A stretch of 64,000 bases of DNA, taken from assembly GCA_973851085.1 (NCBI GenBank), contig OZ316776.1, positions 12,896,001 through 12,960,000 of the forward strand, given 5' to 3'. Numbering within the stretch: position 1 is the stretch's first letter; every line of letters begins with the position of its first letter. Positions 24,591-39,172 of the stretch are shown here, one piece after another. The position numbers and the translations under genes are program-made. The stretch comes from Ptychomitrium polyphyllum (Eukaryota). The notes below the pieces were generated by a model, which did no database searches, had not been told where the DNA came from, and saw nothing but the letters and a program-made list of their open reading frames with translations.

Positions 24591-26755
24591 TCATGAGTAA
24601 TAATTCTTAGGGTCAGGGATGGGTGGAATAAGGATACACGAGCTCATAGCTTCTCCTTTTGTCATCGCATTAAGCTCTTTGCTTACTGTGTTCAAAGGAA
24701 TCTGCAAACATTAAATGCAGATGATAATTCATAACTGAACTGTATAAAATTTTGTGGATAGGGTGTCATTCTCTTCCAGCACTGTCCAAGTGTGTCTAAG
24801 CAAAATAATCAAGAAATTAAACGTAAGGACAAACCCACTGCACAATTGATTACAACTATCAGATCCTATCAAGATGGTAAACAAGCTACAAGCACGTTGG
24901 TAAGTAGGTATTGACATAACTTCAGACAATATTTGGCTACAGTGGAATGACACAAACCTTCTTGGTGATTTCCACTTTTATTTCACCAGCCTTATATAAT
25001 TCGAAGAGAAGCTGTGAACCTTCTAGAAGTTCTTCTTGGTGCTTTACATAGTCCCCCAAAACAGGGACTGCCACTGACAAACTTCCCTTTCCTGATGTCA
25101 AATGCAGACGCTATGTAAGAATTGGTTTCCATGGTGCGTACCAACACAGGTCTAGAAGTAAGGAAGGGGAGGATTCAATAAGAAATAAAGCTCTCTTTCT
25201 CTATTCTGAGCACATAAAAACAGAAATTCAAGATAGCCAGACTGCCAGACCGTCAGTCTGATCAAGCATAGAAACTGGCTCTAATCACAGCAAACAATGT
25301 TTTTGCAGTCCATTTAAATATGCTTCGCCAGCAAGTGCTCGAGGAAAAACTGTTTAACGTTGTACCATCCTTAGCATGTGCCCCAAACAACGAAGTTTTC
25401 AGGTTCTTCTCGTATCTTTTGAAAAAGGAAGGACATTGTGAGAGCAAGCAAGCTACTAATATTTGACACCGTTGAAGGTAACAATCACGATTTCACTGTC
25501 TAACCTCATATTAGGCAATTGTTGCAAACTATGGGAGCTTTCAGTAAAATCTTTCTTCCACTAAAATGCAAGAAATTTTCAGTCAAGAGAATATGTTGTA
25601 TCTGACATTAATCATAGCAAACTTAAGACGCCATAGACGTTCACGAACATAAAAAAAAATGGCCTTCGAGCTACAAACAAACAACTGGGTTGGGGCAGTT
25701 AATTACCTGCAAGATCCTTAAAGTTGAGAATGGGAGCATTGTCTCCAGTCGCACCGAGGCTGACCAACATTCCCTTCGGAGCCAGACAATCAAGAGAGGC
25801 CATGAAAGTGCTCTTTCCAACCAAATCAAAAACAACCATCACCCCTTCCCCAGCTGTCAACTCCCTCACTTCGTCTACAAAGTCACAGGAGCCTGATTCG
25901 ACTACAACTTCTTTACACCCATTCTTCCCTGCACGTTCAACCTCATTCTCAGAATTGACAGTTCCTATCACAAAAGCTTCCAGATGTTTAGCCCATTGGG
26001 CAATTATGGATCCAAGCCCGCTTGCTGCATTGTGAACCAAGATTGCATCGCCACGGCGAATGCGATTGAGCTTCTTCAAAACCATCCATGCCGTCAAGCC
26101 TGGGAAGAGTAACGCAGCTGCTTCTTCGTCGGTGATACTCGAGGGAATAGGAACAAGGCAACTTGTTGGCACTACACTTGCCTCGCTAAAGGCTCCTTTA
26201 TTGGGCGGGTTTACGTAGCCCACCCGCTGACCTATCTGATGATTCAGAACTCCAGTCCCTGGTACATACATCGAAGGAAACAATGAGAAACATCCTTCCG
26301 AGCATACATGCTAATCAGAAATATTTCAGATATTTGAAATGGACGCAAATGAGGAAATAAGATCATGCCACCAGAAACCAATTTACATCCAGGGAGGGTG
26401 TCATCATCACTTGCAAAACTCAATCCCAACATGGATGGTTGTAAACATAACCCTAAAATTTTACAAGCCACTACGACATTGAGGAAGATAGTTATTTCAA
26501 TTCCTGATCGGAAAAGAAAGCTGAGTTTCGCATACCTAGTTCAGTGATAACACCAACAGCACTACTGCCTGGCGTGAATATTGAATGACGAGTGTGATGG
26601 CCTCCTCCTTCACAGTCTTCGACGTCTGGGTAGTTTAACCCAATCGCTCTGTGCCGAACCTCAACTTCATTACAACCAGGATGAGGTAGCTCAACCTTTT
26701 CAAGTTGGAGGTGGTGACGGCCCCCGACCGTATGCACCCGCACAGCTTTCACCAT
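24591..26755 (-). CDS. NADPH:quinone oxidoreductase / zeta-crystallin-like MDR protein. Exons 26755-26536, 26258-25707, 25091-24958, 24701-24591
   Basis: MVKAVRVH..GG, RHRAIGLNYPD, AAALLFPGLTAW, ILVHNAASGLG..AQWAKHL, GVMVVFDLVGKSTF.ASLDCL..KGMLVSLG, KGSL. GT-AG introns keep frame to TGA at 24593-24591. Confidence 0.9.
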
Positions 26756-27987
26756 GCTTCCTCTTCTCTGCCCCACAGCCCTAAAATTCTGTTAATTTGT
26801 TTGTATAATTCATGCACTGGCTAGATGCTCTCAGAAGCATAATGGCGTTGTCCATCACTACCAATACTTCGAGACGAATGACATTGTTAGATTTGGGTTT
26901 TGCACATTCTGTCTCGATTACGAACTCCTATCTCAAAATCATACATTGAGCCAATTGCGAAATTCTTGTTGAGGTGCATGAATCCAATGTAATCCTGGTT
27001 TTATTACCTACAAAATAGGTATAAGTAGAGGAGGACGATTGGCGCTCTCAGCTTCGTTAAGATGAAAATCACACAGTTTTTTGAACTAACCCAACAATCG
27101 ATACAATGACTAATCGAGGTGAATGAAATATACTCTAGCGAAAGGGTATTAGATCGAGGCGCAGAACGAACCCAACATACGAGTCACAATTGCTCAAAAC
27201 ATTCCAAATAAGACAATATGGCACCTCGGAGCTAAGAAATGAAAACAGCCAATCACCAGAAACTAGGAACACAATCAAGATTCTTCGCCATTCAGAACAA
27301 CACCTTCATGTACAACAAAAACCAACTCACTTACTCTACTCTTGATTAAATCCAACGAGCTACTAGTGCTCGCCCCTCCTCAAGCACGCACTCCCGCAAC
27401 GCAACGCCAATCCAGAAGCTCAACGTCAATGACCCAGAACAAAAACCGTGAAGCAGCTACAGTACCCACTACACGAGATTTGCAACGAGCAAATCGACTG
27501 AACTGAGCATCCACGGAAAACGAAGAGGACTCAAGGTGCTTGAAACTAGAATAATGAGACTCAAAATCCAAAATTTCTATCCCACAGCACACCGCAAGAA
27601 AACGCAGTCTCTCATCACGATGACAAGTGGAATTTGCTCAGCGCTGCTGAGGCACGGTAATGGGCCATTTGATGCAGTTGGGGGGTATGTACTAAAAATG
27701 GAGCAGATACTGGTGGATAATAGCAGAAGAATGATGTACACTACTATGGAATGACTCTTTTTATTCGGTGGCGGAGATCAAGGTCCAAGATCAACTCATA
27801 CGCTGATGTGAGTTACAACGAGTTGTGTCGTCTGGATTTCGGGTTTTTGCATTTCACTGTCTGTACAGTGAGACCTTTATGCAGATTGTGGCGATTCTCA
27901 TTTGTGAGCAAACCAAGGATATGTTGAGTAAATTTCAAGGGATTGTTTGGTGCTTTGTGGTTTCGTGGCATTTGAATGAAACCCTAC

Positions 27988-29346
27988 TCATGACATGACG
28001 GCAGATTTGATGGATCTTGAAGAATTCATTGACAACAGCGTTCCTTCTAATGGGCGCACCACTGCGAAAAACTTCTCCGATTGTTTCTGTAGATAGAGTG
28101 CAATGTTGTGAGTAAACTGTTGCTTCTTGTGCGGGCATTATCTTTATTTGTTATGCCATCACATTGATAAAGGGACTATCATTGTTATGTGATCATTGGT
28201 AATGGAAAAATACTTGTTGGTTTCATGATCTTAGTTGTAGAAACACAGATACAGGTCTAGTTTTAGGTCTAGTCTAACTAACCTTGCCTTCCTCGGAGGA
28301 GGCCATGCTTGGATTCTCATAGAAGAATCCTTTAACTCCTTTTTTTGCCTGTTAAGTTACAAGACGACATTGAGTCATTCTTTTAGAAATACTGATTGTT
28401 TACAGACAAATTTGAGCAGAAGGCAAGAAGTATGCGCACCTTGGGATCCTCGTGAGGATAAGGCGATCTCACAATCGGTGGCCTATACTTCAATCTTGCG
28501 CGGCACGCTATGGTTGATTGATTTGCTTGTCCATAGGTGGTGGTGTAATGGTTATTGCGGCTGTGGTCAAGACCCCACATGTAGTCTGGATTTTCACAAG
28601 GAGGACGCTGCTCATCCCAGCCGAGTGAAGACATCCCTTCAAGGTCAATCTATACTCTATGCTGCATCGAAGTCCAGAATTAAATTATTGAGAAATTCAG
28701 GACGAACCGAGTACCTCGGGCTTGAACCCACAATAGCCAGATTGCTTCCCACCCCATACTTCCATGTCCGGAACATGGTACCGAGGCAACATGATGTCAT
28801 TTGCCGGTGAATCTTCCTCCAGGGGAATGAAACCGCCATAGCCAGGGATATGCTTTCCTCTTTGATTCTCCTCCTTCCACACCCTCTCCTCGAGTTGCCT
28901 AACCTGTTCCAATGCAATTTTAAAATTAGGTCAGTCTGCAGGGTCATAACTACTAACGTGGGATCTTTTTGCAGCGCTATGTGCATATGCTTAGAATTTA
29001 GCCAAGTGCGTTTTCTCATGATTTTTTCTGGCGGCGTACATGAGTTAGAGCGAGTTTTTCTTACGCTATGAGCTCAAGGAGATCTGAAGGTGTGCATTTA
29101 CAGTACATATTCCTTCAAATTGGCTTTTGTTAAGAAGATGATTCGCATGGCCACATTGCGCTACTCAGATTTCTAATTTCTGGTGAAGCATGTATAAAAC
29201 CTTTCTTTGGCCTTACTTGAAAGTTCTCTGCTTAACAGTTAGTACTTGTGAAACATATTGATAAAATATTCATTTTCGCAACTCACCTTTTCGCATAGCA
29301 TCTGCATCTTCGATTCCTTTTTCCTGCGAATGAATCTCTGCTCTCC
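27988..29346 (-). CDS. Small protein with a PYG-type motif (HIPGYGGFIP), candidate axonemal microtubule inner protein; start uncertain. Exons 29346-29287, 28903-28715, 28649-28440, 28348-28283, 28086-27988
   Basis: Five GT-AG-bounded phase-0 exons (60, 189, 210, 66, 99 nt) join into one open frame ending ...KGFFYENPSMASSEEGK|KQSEKFFAVVRPLEGTLLSMNSSRSIKSAVMS*. One intron is only 65 nt. Confidence 0.7.
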
Positions 29347-30214
29347 CTGCCTAGAAATTCATGGCAGGATTAGGGCAAGAGAACTAAGCAACGACTTCAG
29401 GAACAACCTGAATCGGTTCTCTGTATCTTTTATGTTGTTTATGATGAAGTCTCTATGAAGTGAGTTTGTGATTATTGATCACTTGTATGTCAAAACCCAT
29501 GTAGTTTTCGAAAACACCGCGAGGGTTCCAAACTTTTTCCTTTTATTGTCCTTCTGCCACTTCGTCACTGCAGGTGATCTTTGGCATCACGCTGATATCA
29601 GTACTCAGACTTGGTCAGTTACATCAAATGAGCCATACCAAATTTCTGTTCCCAACATCATGTATGTTCCCAATCATCTACTTTGCGACGTCAGTTCAGT
29701 TTCTGCTCTCAGTTTTATGTCCAATACTCCCTAGGATGTCTCGAGCAACGTTTGTCACACGTGCGTGTGGGGTGAAAATGTAATTTTGGCAATTAGGGGA
29801 ATATACAAAACACGTTGTTGATGGCGGTTGTTGCCAAAGGTAGTCTATGAAAGCTTTAAAATTATCATTGAGAATGCAGAAGCACTGCAGCTCTTACATG
29901 ATCCTAAAACAAAAACGACTATCATTGAAATCTTCTAGTTTCAAGGAAACAACTTCTCCGTGTAGTATGCCAGAGCGAATACAGATGTGTGCTTATATGT
30001 TGTACAGTCTACGGCTATGGCTAGACCTCGTCGAGGTCATCCTTCTGTAAGTTCTCTAAAAGGACAGGGGAAGTGTCGCATACAAAATACATCTGAACAT
30101 AAAAACAAACATATCGCTAAAACCAAATCTATTGTTTCTGCTAGGGCTGCTAGTGTATAATTTGTTAGCTCTAGTTTATAAGTCCTGACTCAAGTTTACA
30201 CTCGAATTCAAGGA

Positions 30215-31821
<1,607 letters not shown>

Positions 31822-31973
31822 GATGAGGATGAAGCTGGGTCACAAGCCCGTCTTAACACAGTCAGCTTCCACAGAATGACGAGCTTGGCGAGAAACGAAC
31901 ACGTATACTACTCGAGATGACCAGCTTCCGTGGACTCGGCAGTGTTTGGTAAACTTGGCATTGGAGTGAGGTA

Positions 31974-31981
31974 CTTATATA
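31974..31981 (-). promoter_or_regulatory. TATA box of the peroxidase gene
   Basis: TATATAAG on the minus strand about 155 nt upstream of the ATG. Confidence 0.55.
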
Positions 31982-34900
31982 CCAAGTTCAACTACAGTTG
32001 AAGTAAATAAACAATGATCCAGCTACATCTAGCTGGATCTTTGACGAGCGAACTTTGCATTTTGACATTGTGGAGATGATTCGCTGCTCGTTGGCATTTT
32101 GTGTAAGTAACTCACAAAACGGTTCAGTGGAGATTGTGTCACATTTGTAAGTGGTCACGTGGAATTCTATATATGTGCCTGGACACCAATATGTGATGCA
32201 CTGAAACTTGGATCCGAGTAGGAATTTCGTGATCGGGTCAATGTACTAATGTAGAGATCTGGTCTTGCTTTAATCGAGACAATGTGCTAATCCAGTGATT
32301 AGAAGCTTCTTCAAATTTGTTTTTTGTTTTGTTGTCTTTCTATTATTTCAGGTTCTTTTTTCTCTTTTGAGAGAGGATATGCTTTAGAGAATTGCGCTTA
32401 TTTCAATAAGAAAGGGAATAAATCTGATCTTGATAAGGTGTGATCTCCTAAATTTGAGCACCGTCATCAACCATGTCAAGCTCTGCTATTGTGCAGGAGA
32501 AGGTACGTGTGAATGTGATGAATTTAGAACGCGAATGTATTGCACATATTTCTTGATTGATGTTGAATTGCTGTTAAACTGTTTCCCGTTTGTCTTGACG
32601 GGCATCGTCTAGTCAACTGAACACCAGCTGTTGTCGTCCATGCTGCTGGAGGATCTTCAATCGCGCTCTGATTTTAAATGCAAAGTACTGCAAGGGCCGC
32701 CATGCAAGTGAAGAGTAGAACCCAAGATAAACGGAGTGAATAATATGTGAATCTTCATATCCTCCAGATGCATTACTGGCAAGCATGCAGAAAATACATG
32801 CCCCAGTTTCTTCGAGACCAGCCGAGTCTTGAGTAACAAGTAGTGTAGGTCTGACTTGCAACGAATATATACGAGGGCGGTGAACTGTTTGTTGACACAC
32901 TACGACCGCAACAAGATGGTATTTTGTACTTCTTCAGTAGTGATCAATGTCAATGTTTGGATTTTTATAGCTCAAAGTTGATTCTTACTTTTCCTTGTCC
33001 AGGGGATAATAACAGGTATTTTATTACGAAGCCGTAGTTATTGTCAGAGAAGGTCTTAAGGACTTGGATTGAAGATGAACTAACCATAAGATGCACACCT
33101 ACAAAGATCTCATTTCAGGTGCCAACTCCTTCGTTCCAAATCTTTAACCCATAATACTGATATTCTCGTGTTAAGCAATATTTGCAGAAGTTGCCACAGA
33201 AGGTGGTGGCTGACACGGACGGTGGCATATTGGTTTTGACTATTGGGCTCAGTTGCTCAGGATTGGAATGTGAATTCAAGCTGCAAGCCCAACGGCATGG
33301 ATGATGCGCAAAACCAGCAACAGAACGAACGCCAGGTCCTACTCTAGGCATTGTAACATCGAGCTCCAATACTTGACTTTCATAAAGTTGACTGAACTTG
33401 AGAGACTAAAATTATAATTTCTGTCTCAATGGCACATTACGTGCAGCTTGGGAGGCTACTTCAGGTTCTCCATACGCAACATAGGATATTGCTTTTGAAG
33501 TCAGACGATGCAATCCTCTGCGATGACTTCTGGAAAAAATCAGGTGTGATTCAACCTTCAATGTTCCCAATTCCAGAAAGCCCGAAGTTACGATATGGCT
33601 GAATTCGTTGCATTGCCAATTGCGGATGTTCATTTTGTGTATGGTTTCTTCTCCAGGCGACGGTGAACTAAGCCCTTTTTTATTTTTTATCTTGCAAGTG
33701 ACTGCCGAGCGTTTCCATATTGAAATTTGAGCTGATTTTCAACACTAAATACAATAGTGTTTTATGTACGACTTCGAGGTTCTTGCAACTGTTCAAGTGC
33801 ACTCGGAAAGTCAAACTGCCAGCAATGATTAGAGTGAAGTAGAGTAACTTCGTAGTGCCAAGCTTCTGCAGAAGTTCTCTTAGAAGGACATAAGAGTCAA
33901 TGGCTAGGTCAATTATGTTGGCTTGGAGCGACTCTCACAGACAAGAGAAAGTGGTTTACATGTGATTGAATAAAGCTACCGCATTGATTAGAAAATTAGC
34001 TTGGGTTGCCCGACCAACTGATATTGCACGTATATCATCTCATGGCTCACCTAGATGCGATTCCGGATCTCATACGGTATATTCAACTGCCATCACTTCT
34101 TGAATTTGCAGATGGGGACTCACAAGTGATTTGCTGAGACCCGGAAGATAAATTGCACCCTAGCTGCTTAATTCGAGTGTCGTGTACTGAAGCGGCAGTT
34201 AGATGGTGGTGAGCTTTGCAGACACTTAATATCCGGAACAAGCAATCCAGTAAACTGAAAAGCTTCATGCAATTCCATCAGAAACCCGCTTTGCACTGTT
34301 CTGAATTATAGAAATTAATACGACGTATCAGAAAGCTTCCGAACTTATTTAGGAGTATGTTCTATGCTATGATGGCTTGATTGTAACAAGAAGCAATAGC
34401 TGGCATGTGTAAGAGTGGGAACCCCAGATCTAGAGTGCAACTTAGACCTTTTGCAAATCTTTAAATGAAGGACAACTCATGCTAGACCAGCCTGTCGTCT
34501 TCACAAATGTTCACTATATCAATTGTCCACCTGCCACTCTACAATGTACTAAACCAGCCTAACTCAACCCTGGTGAAAACAGTAGTTTACTGCGTAAGGT
34601 AGTCTGTGATATACTCTAACAAAGTGTTACCCACACTAGCTTTCAAGCCACTGGGGAGCTTGAGGTCAAAACTCTACAAATACTACAGTTGAAGTAAAAT
34701 GACTCAGATGGCCAGCATCGTTCACAATGTAACATTGATGATTATCAAACTCAGAAAGATGAGTCAGACACATAACCTTGTAAACGGAACCCAACACCAG
34801 AGTTTCTTTCACCAAGAGCAAGGATGTCAATCTTCGGCAGTCTTTGCACTCAAAGCATATTAACAGATCGACAGCCAAAAGAACTACACCATCACTTTCT

Positions 34901-36129
34901 CAGCTGAATCTTTCAAGCTAGTCTTGCCGTTGATTAAGAGAATCTTGTTGCATTTCACTTGAAAGTTGGTAGGAAGAATACATTCCCAACATTATAGATT
35001 ATGAGGTTGGTATTAAACAAAACATGTTCAATTATCTAGCTAAAGGCAACGTGCTACATATCTCCACATCTAGTAGGATTTGTCATTGAAATCTTTATAA
35101 GGCTCTTTTAGGTTTTTGTCAAAGAAATCTTATAGTCTAATCATCTCTCTTCATTTGTCCATCTATTTACACATATTAGTTGAAATTTTATTTACGATTT
35201 CACTTTGAGACTTCATTCTTGAAATAGATATTTGCTACCATCATTGAAAATGTCATGGCTCCCTTACTTATTAATATATAAAACAATAAATTATAGTAAA
35301 GCAAAATAGAAAGCTAAAGATTAAAAGAAATGAAGATAAATAGAGAATTAGATGTAAAAACAAGAGAAATGACTAACTTCATTAGTTGTTAAGAATTCAA
35401 AGCATAGTAAAAGAAAAAAAATACAAGATTGTATAATCTACATATTGTATATAATGTTAATAAATGCTTCTTCATTAATATGATATCATATTAAAATTTC
35501 AGTAATTGAATCTCATTTAAAGACAATTAATCAAAAAAAATTATTTTTCTTTAACCTAATTATTTTCTATAATCAAAAGATACTTTTAAATTATTTTATT
35601 CTACTTTGTACAATACATATATGCCACTTCTTTAAGTTTTGGCTCCATTAATGATATGAAATAATGGCTCATATCAAAAAGGCTTTTAAAAGTATTTTTT
35701 TTAAATTGTGGTTTAAAATATTTTATGATATTTTAGCTTATTTAATTAAAATCATTCTAATGCAAATTTTAGGAAGTTGAATTAATTGAACAATTCAAAA
35801 TATTGTTCTATTAAAATCTAAAAAACTTTTCAATTTGTAATATTTGATCATTCAAATTGAACTTCACATTTCAAAAATAATTATAGCAATTCCTCCTTTT
35901 TCAATTCTCCATCATTTTATTTAGCAAGATGTAAAGCTGTCAATATAGTAATTAAAAAATTGCCATGAGAAAGACCATTGATGTATTTACATAGGATATA
36001 ACAAAGAAAGTAGAGAAAACTTGTATTGAAGTAAAGATTTTGAGAAGAAATATGAAATAATGTGACAAATTATAATCACTTAGAATTAATATCCATTAAA
36101 AAAAAAGACTGGTTCAAAAGCATCTACAA

Positions 36130-36800
36130 CTAGATGTCAAAAAAATGTTAAATGATTTTTTCATTCACTTTATAAAGCATTACATAAGTCAAGCTTGTAA
36201 TATTAGATATTTCTAATGATTATAAATATTTTTGAAGCTATAGATATACCTTGTAATTTGCTACTTGTCATTGCATAGGCCAATGGCAATAGAAACTTTG
36301 ATATAAGTATAATTGAATTTTGTTGTCATTCTCCTAGACAAAATTTTCACACTTAAATTGAATAAATTTGTAATAATTTTGTTGATTCCAATGTTGTTCA
36401 ATGTACAACTAATCAATATTACACCACATATTGCTTCATCAATGGATACACATCTACTCTCATGAAGTAGTAGACTTTGGGATTATTAACTAAATCACTT
36501 GATTTATCAATAACTTAAGCACAGTTATTAATATGTTTGTTTAGTGTTATTTGAAATGCATCAAATAACTTTAATATCATCATTTCATTAAATGTATCCA
36601 CATCTTCAAAATACAAATATGTTATGGTTGTGATAACATCTAAATATGAATTGGCTTTTGTTCTTGTATGATTTTTAACAACATATAATATTTTAATAAT
36701 ATTAAACATTTTAATACATCCACACAACATGTTGCAATTTTTGCAATGTAACATTAGGTTGCTTCAAAGCATATGAATATTTACGAACCAATATTAGTTT
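36130..36800 (-). mobile_element. Decayed Helitron PIF1-helicase remnant inside an AT-rich tract (about 35100-37650)
   Basis: Minus strand ~36160-36300 reads FLLPLAYAMTSSKLQGISIASKIFIIIRN / TSLTYVMLYKV, matching PIF1 motifs V-VI (LAYAMT.HKSQG.T ... G..YV.LSRV). Many stops around it. Confidence 0.75.
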
Positions 36801-38536
36801 TATTATAATATTTAGTAAAAATAAGTGTTTCCAAAATTAGAATATTTTTTGAATTATGACATCCTTTAACTACCTCTTTTAAATTATCATAAACAAAATA
36901 AATCACATTTGAATATAGCAACATCCACACAACAACATAACAAAATAAAATAGTCCATTTTACAGATACACCTCCTATCTACACATTTACAGCAAGTTTA
37001 CAATCCAAATAAAGAAAAAGGAAATATACACAATGCTTTAAAAGAATAACATAGATATAAAGATAATATATTAAAGAAATTGACCAATGGGACAAGCTAT
37101 AGTTTGAAAATTTTATATAAATACAAATGACATCAAGAAGTTATTGAAGCTTACATTTATATCAAATGTTTGGCTTCATTTATACCTTGCTAATAATTCC
37201 TAGCTTATTAAAATTAAATTGATATTCTACTTAGATTTTTTGTCTAATCAAATTCCATGCGCTTGTAGAAATTGTTTCAAACTTAGAAATAATTCTATAG
37301 AAGTTGTAGTTTTTTCTTTGCATTGAAACCAATTAATATTAAATGTCATTTGTGCTAGACTTACACATTCACAAAATTTTCTAAAAGCTTGACTTAGCAA
37401 AGGCTAGAAATCTTAGAAGAATCTTACAATGGCTTAGAGAAGAAAATATTCTATCATGAGTATATATTCAATGTTTTCAAGAGTCAACAAAAACGTACTC
37501 AAAATTCACATTCATATTCATGAACTCCATGCTTGGTAACTTTAGTCTATGTGCTACATTTTGTAAATTTTATGCTAAGTTTCAAACTTGCAGTTCCAAA
37601 TTAGCCTAAAGGGGACCTTGTCAGATTTGGCAACCAATGTGAAACTTGTATTATTGTGGTTAAAAATAAGGGATAAGTTTTGTGGATTGGTACTCAACCA
37701 CAAAAACAAAGGGATAGGTTTTGTCCACAACTGTCATAACATGGAGAGTGCGGATTAGAAATATTCTACAGCGATGGGCTGGATAAATAAACACGTCTCT
37801 CGCCATCAACTGTTAAACAGAAGTACGAGTCAGAAGCAACCAGAATAAACGACTACAATACTGCCAAAATTTGCAGGGGTACTGGTTGCGAGCTTGGCCA
37901 CACAAACTTTCACTGACAGTGCTCTGCCGTAAGCATCAATACGTTATGCTGTCGTAGCAACTCAAAGCGATAAAATGCTTGGTACTGAACAGTGTCTATT
38001 CTACTGTCTTCTATCAGCAGCAGCGTGTGTTATTGTACTCTGTGTATACCATAGTAATGCCAAAACAATATGTTGAAACTCAGGACCATTCATTCTGTGA
38101 GCAAAAGCATCTGTTAAAGGATCTCGCTAGGTAACCAACCCCTCTTTCATCCCATGTAGCAATGGCAGTCAACGAAAAGGATGACAAGATGGGAGCACCA
38201 ATTCAAGCAAGCCACAGGATTTCAATCGGAGACAGAATGGAACCACTTGGGGTAGGGTAGTAACATATCTTGCATAATAAATCATTTTACAATACTAAAA
38301 TACATAGAACAAAAGTTTTCAACTTTTTTATATTTTCTTTTTTCGATTCTTTTCAAATGTCCTTTTGAAAAGAGATTCTAATTCTGATAAGGTTAATTAG
38401 ACTCTGTCTACACTACTAACCGAATGCTCTCTTCCCCTCAAGCATTTGCTTGAATTTAAGTTTAGACGAAGAAAGGAAAATCATAAAATCTATATTCTTT
38501 TTAAGTTAAAGAAATGAGAAGGACAATGCAGCCCGA

Positions 38537-39172
38537 CTATTGCAAAGTAGTGAGCTTCTGCAAATCCTCCTGCTCGCCCATAAAATTTGTCTGCTTCAAC
38601 GTCGACGCCAACGAAACCTGGCTCACAAGCGCGGTCGGCACCTGAAACGACGACGACGACGATGCAGTTCCTTGGATGGCCTCTGAAACAGTGCGTCTCA
38701 GATCATTCCCCTGCTGCAGATTACTCGCAACGTTGCTCGCACAAGGCCTGACCATCCCCAACGCCAAGCACATCACCAACGCCCGCCTCCTGGAAGTCCT
38801 CGAATTCATCTTCCCAGCACTACTCTTCCTCCTTCGCATCCCTGCACGTCCATCCTCAATCACGGAATCCACCGCGTCCAGAATCTCTCCCGAAGTCGTA
38901 GCTATCTCCTCACCCACCTTACTCACCGCCTGAGAGACTGCACTCTCTAAAGACTGCTCAACGGAAGCCTCCCGAGCGCTAGCATTCACCTTGGTACTCG
39001 ACATAGGCTTCAGAGACTTCTTGCGCTGCAGTACTGAGCCTTCGAATGTTGGCTTCGCCGGCAACGGGAGCAGTCCCTGAGGATGCCCATTGTTAGACAC
39101 CTTGGGATCCGTCGTGGAGGTGAGCAAGTTGGTCACCGTCTGAGTGCATGACGAACTCGCGCTCAACGCCAT
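38537..39172 (-). CDS. Intronless protein of unknown function (~211 aa from ATG 39172) with plastid-transit-like N-terminus and an RR + hydrophobic segment
   Basis: GC-rich ORF in good ATG context (accATGG). Ser/Thr-rich, acid-poor N-terminus MALSASSSCTQT. SRRRALVMCLALGMV later. No recognised domain. Confidence 0.65.
   Translation of the reverse strand: MALSASSSCTQTVTNLLTSTTDPKVSNNGHPQGLLPLPAKPTFEGSVLQRKKSLKPMSSTKVNASAREASVEQSLESAVSQAVSKVGEEIATTSGEILDAVDSVIEDGRAGMRRRKSSAGKMNSRTSRRRALVMCLALGMVRPCASNVASNLQQGNDLRRTVSEAIQGTASSSSSFQVPTALVSQVSLASTLKQTNFMGEQEDLQKLTTLQ

Noticed and set aside
34600..34920. Minus-strand CKDCRRLTSL, LRR-like
   Set aside because: A single short match with no further repeats or gene structure.
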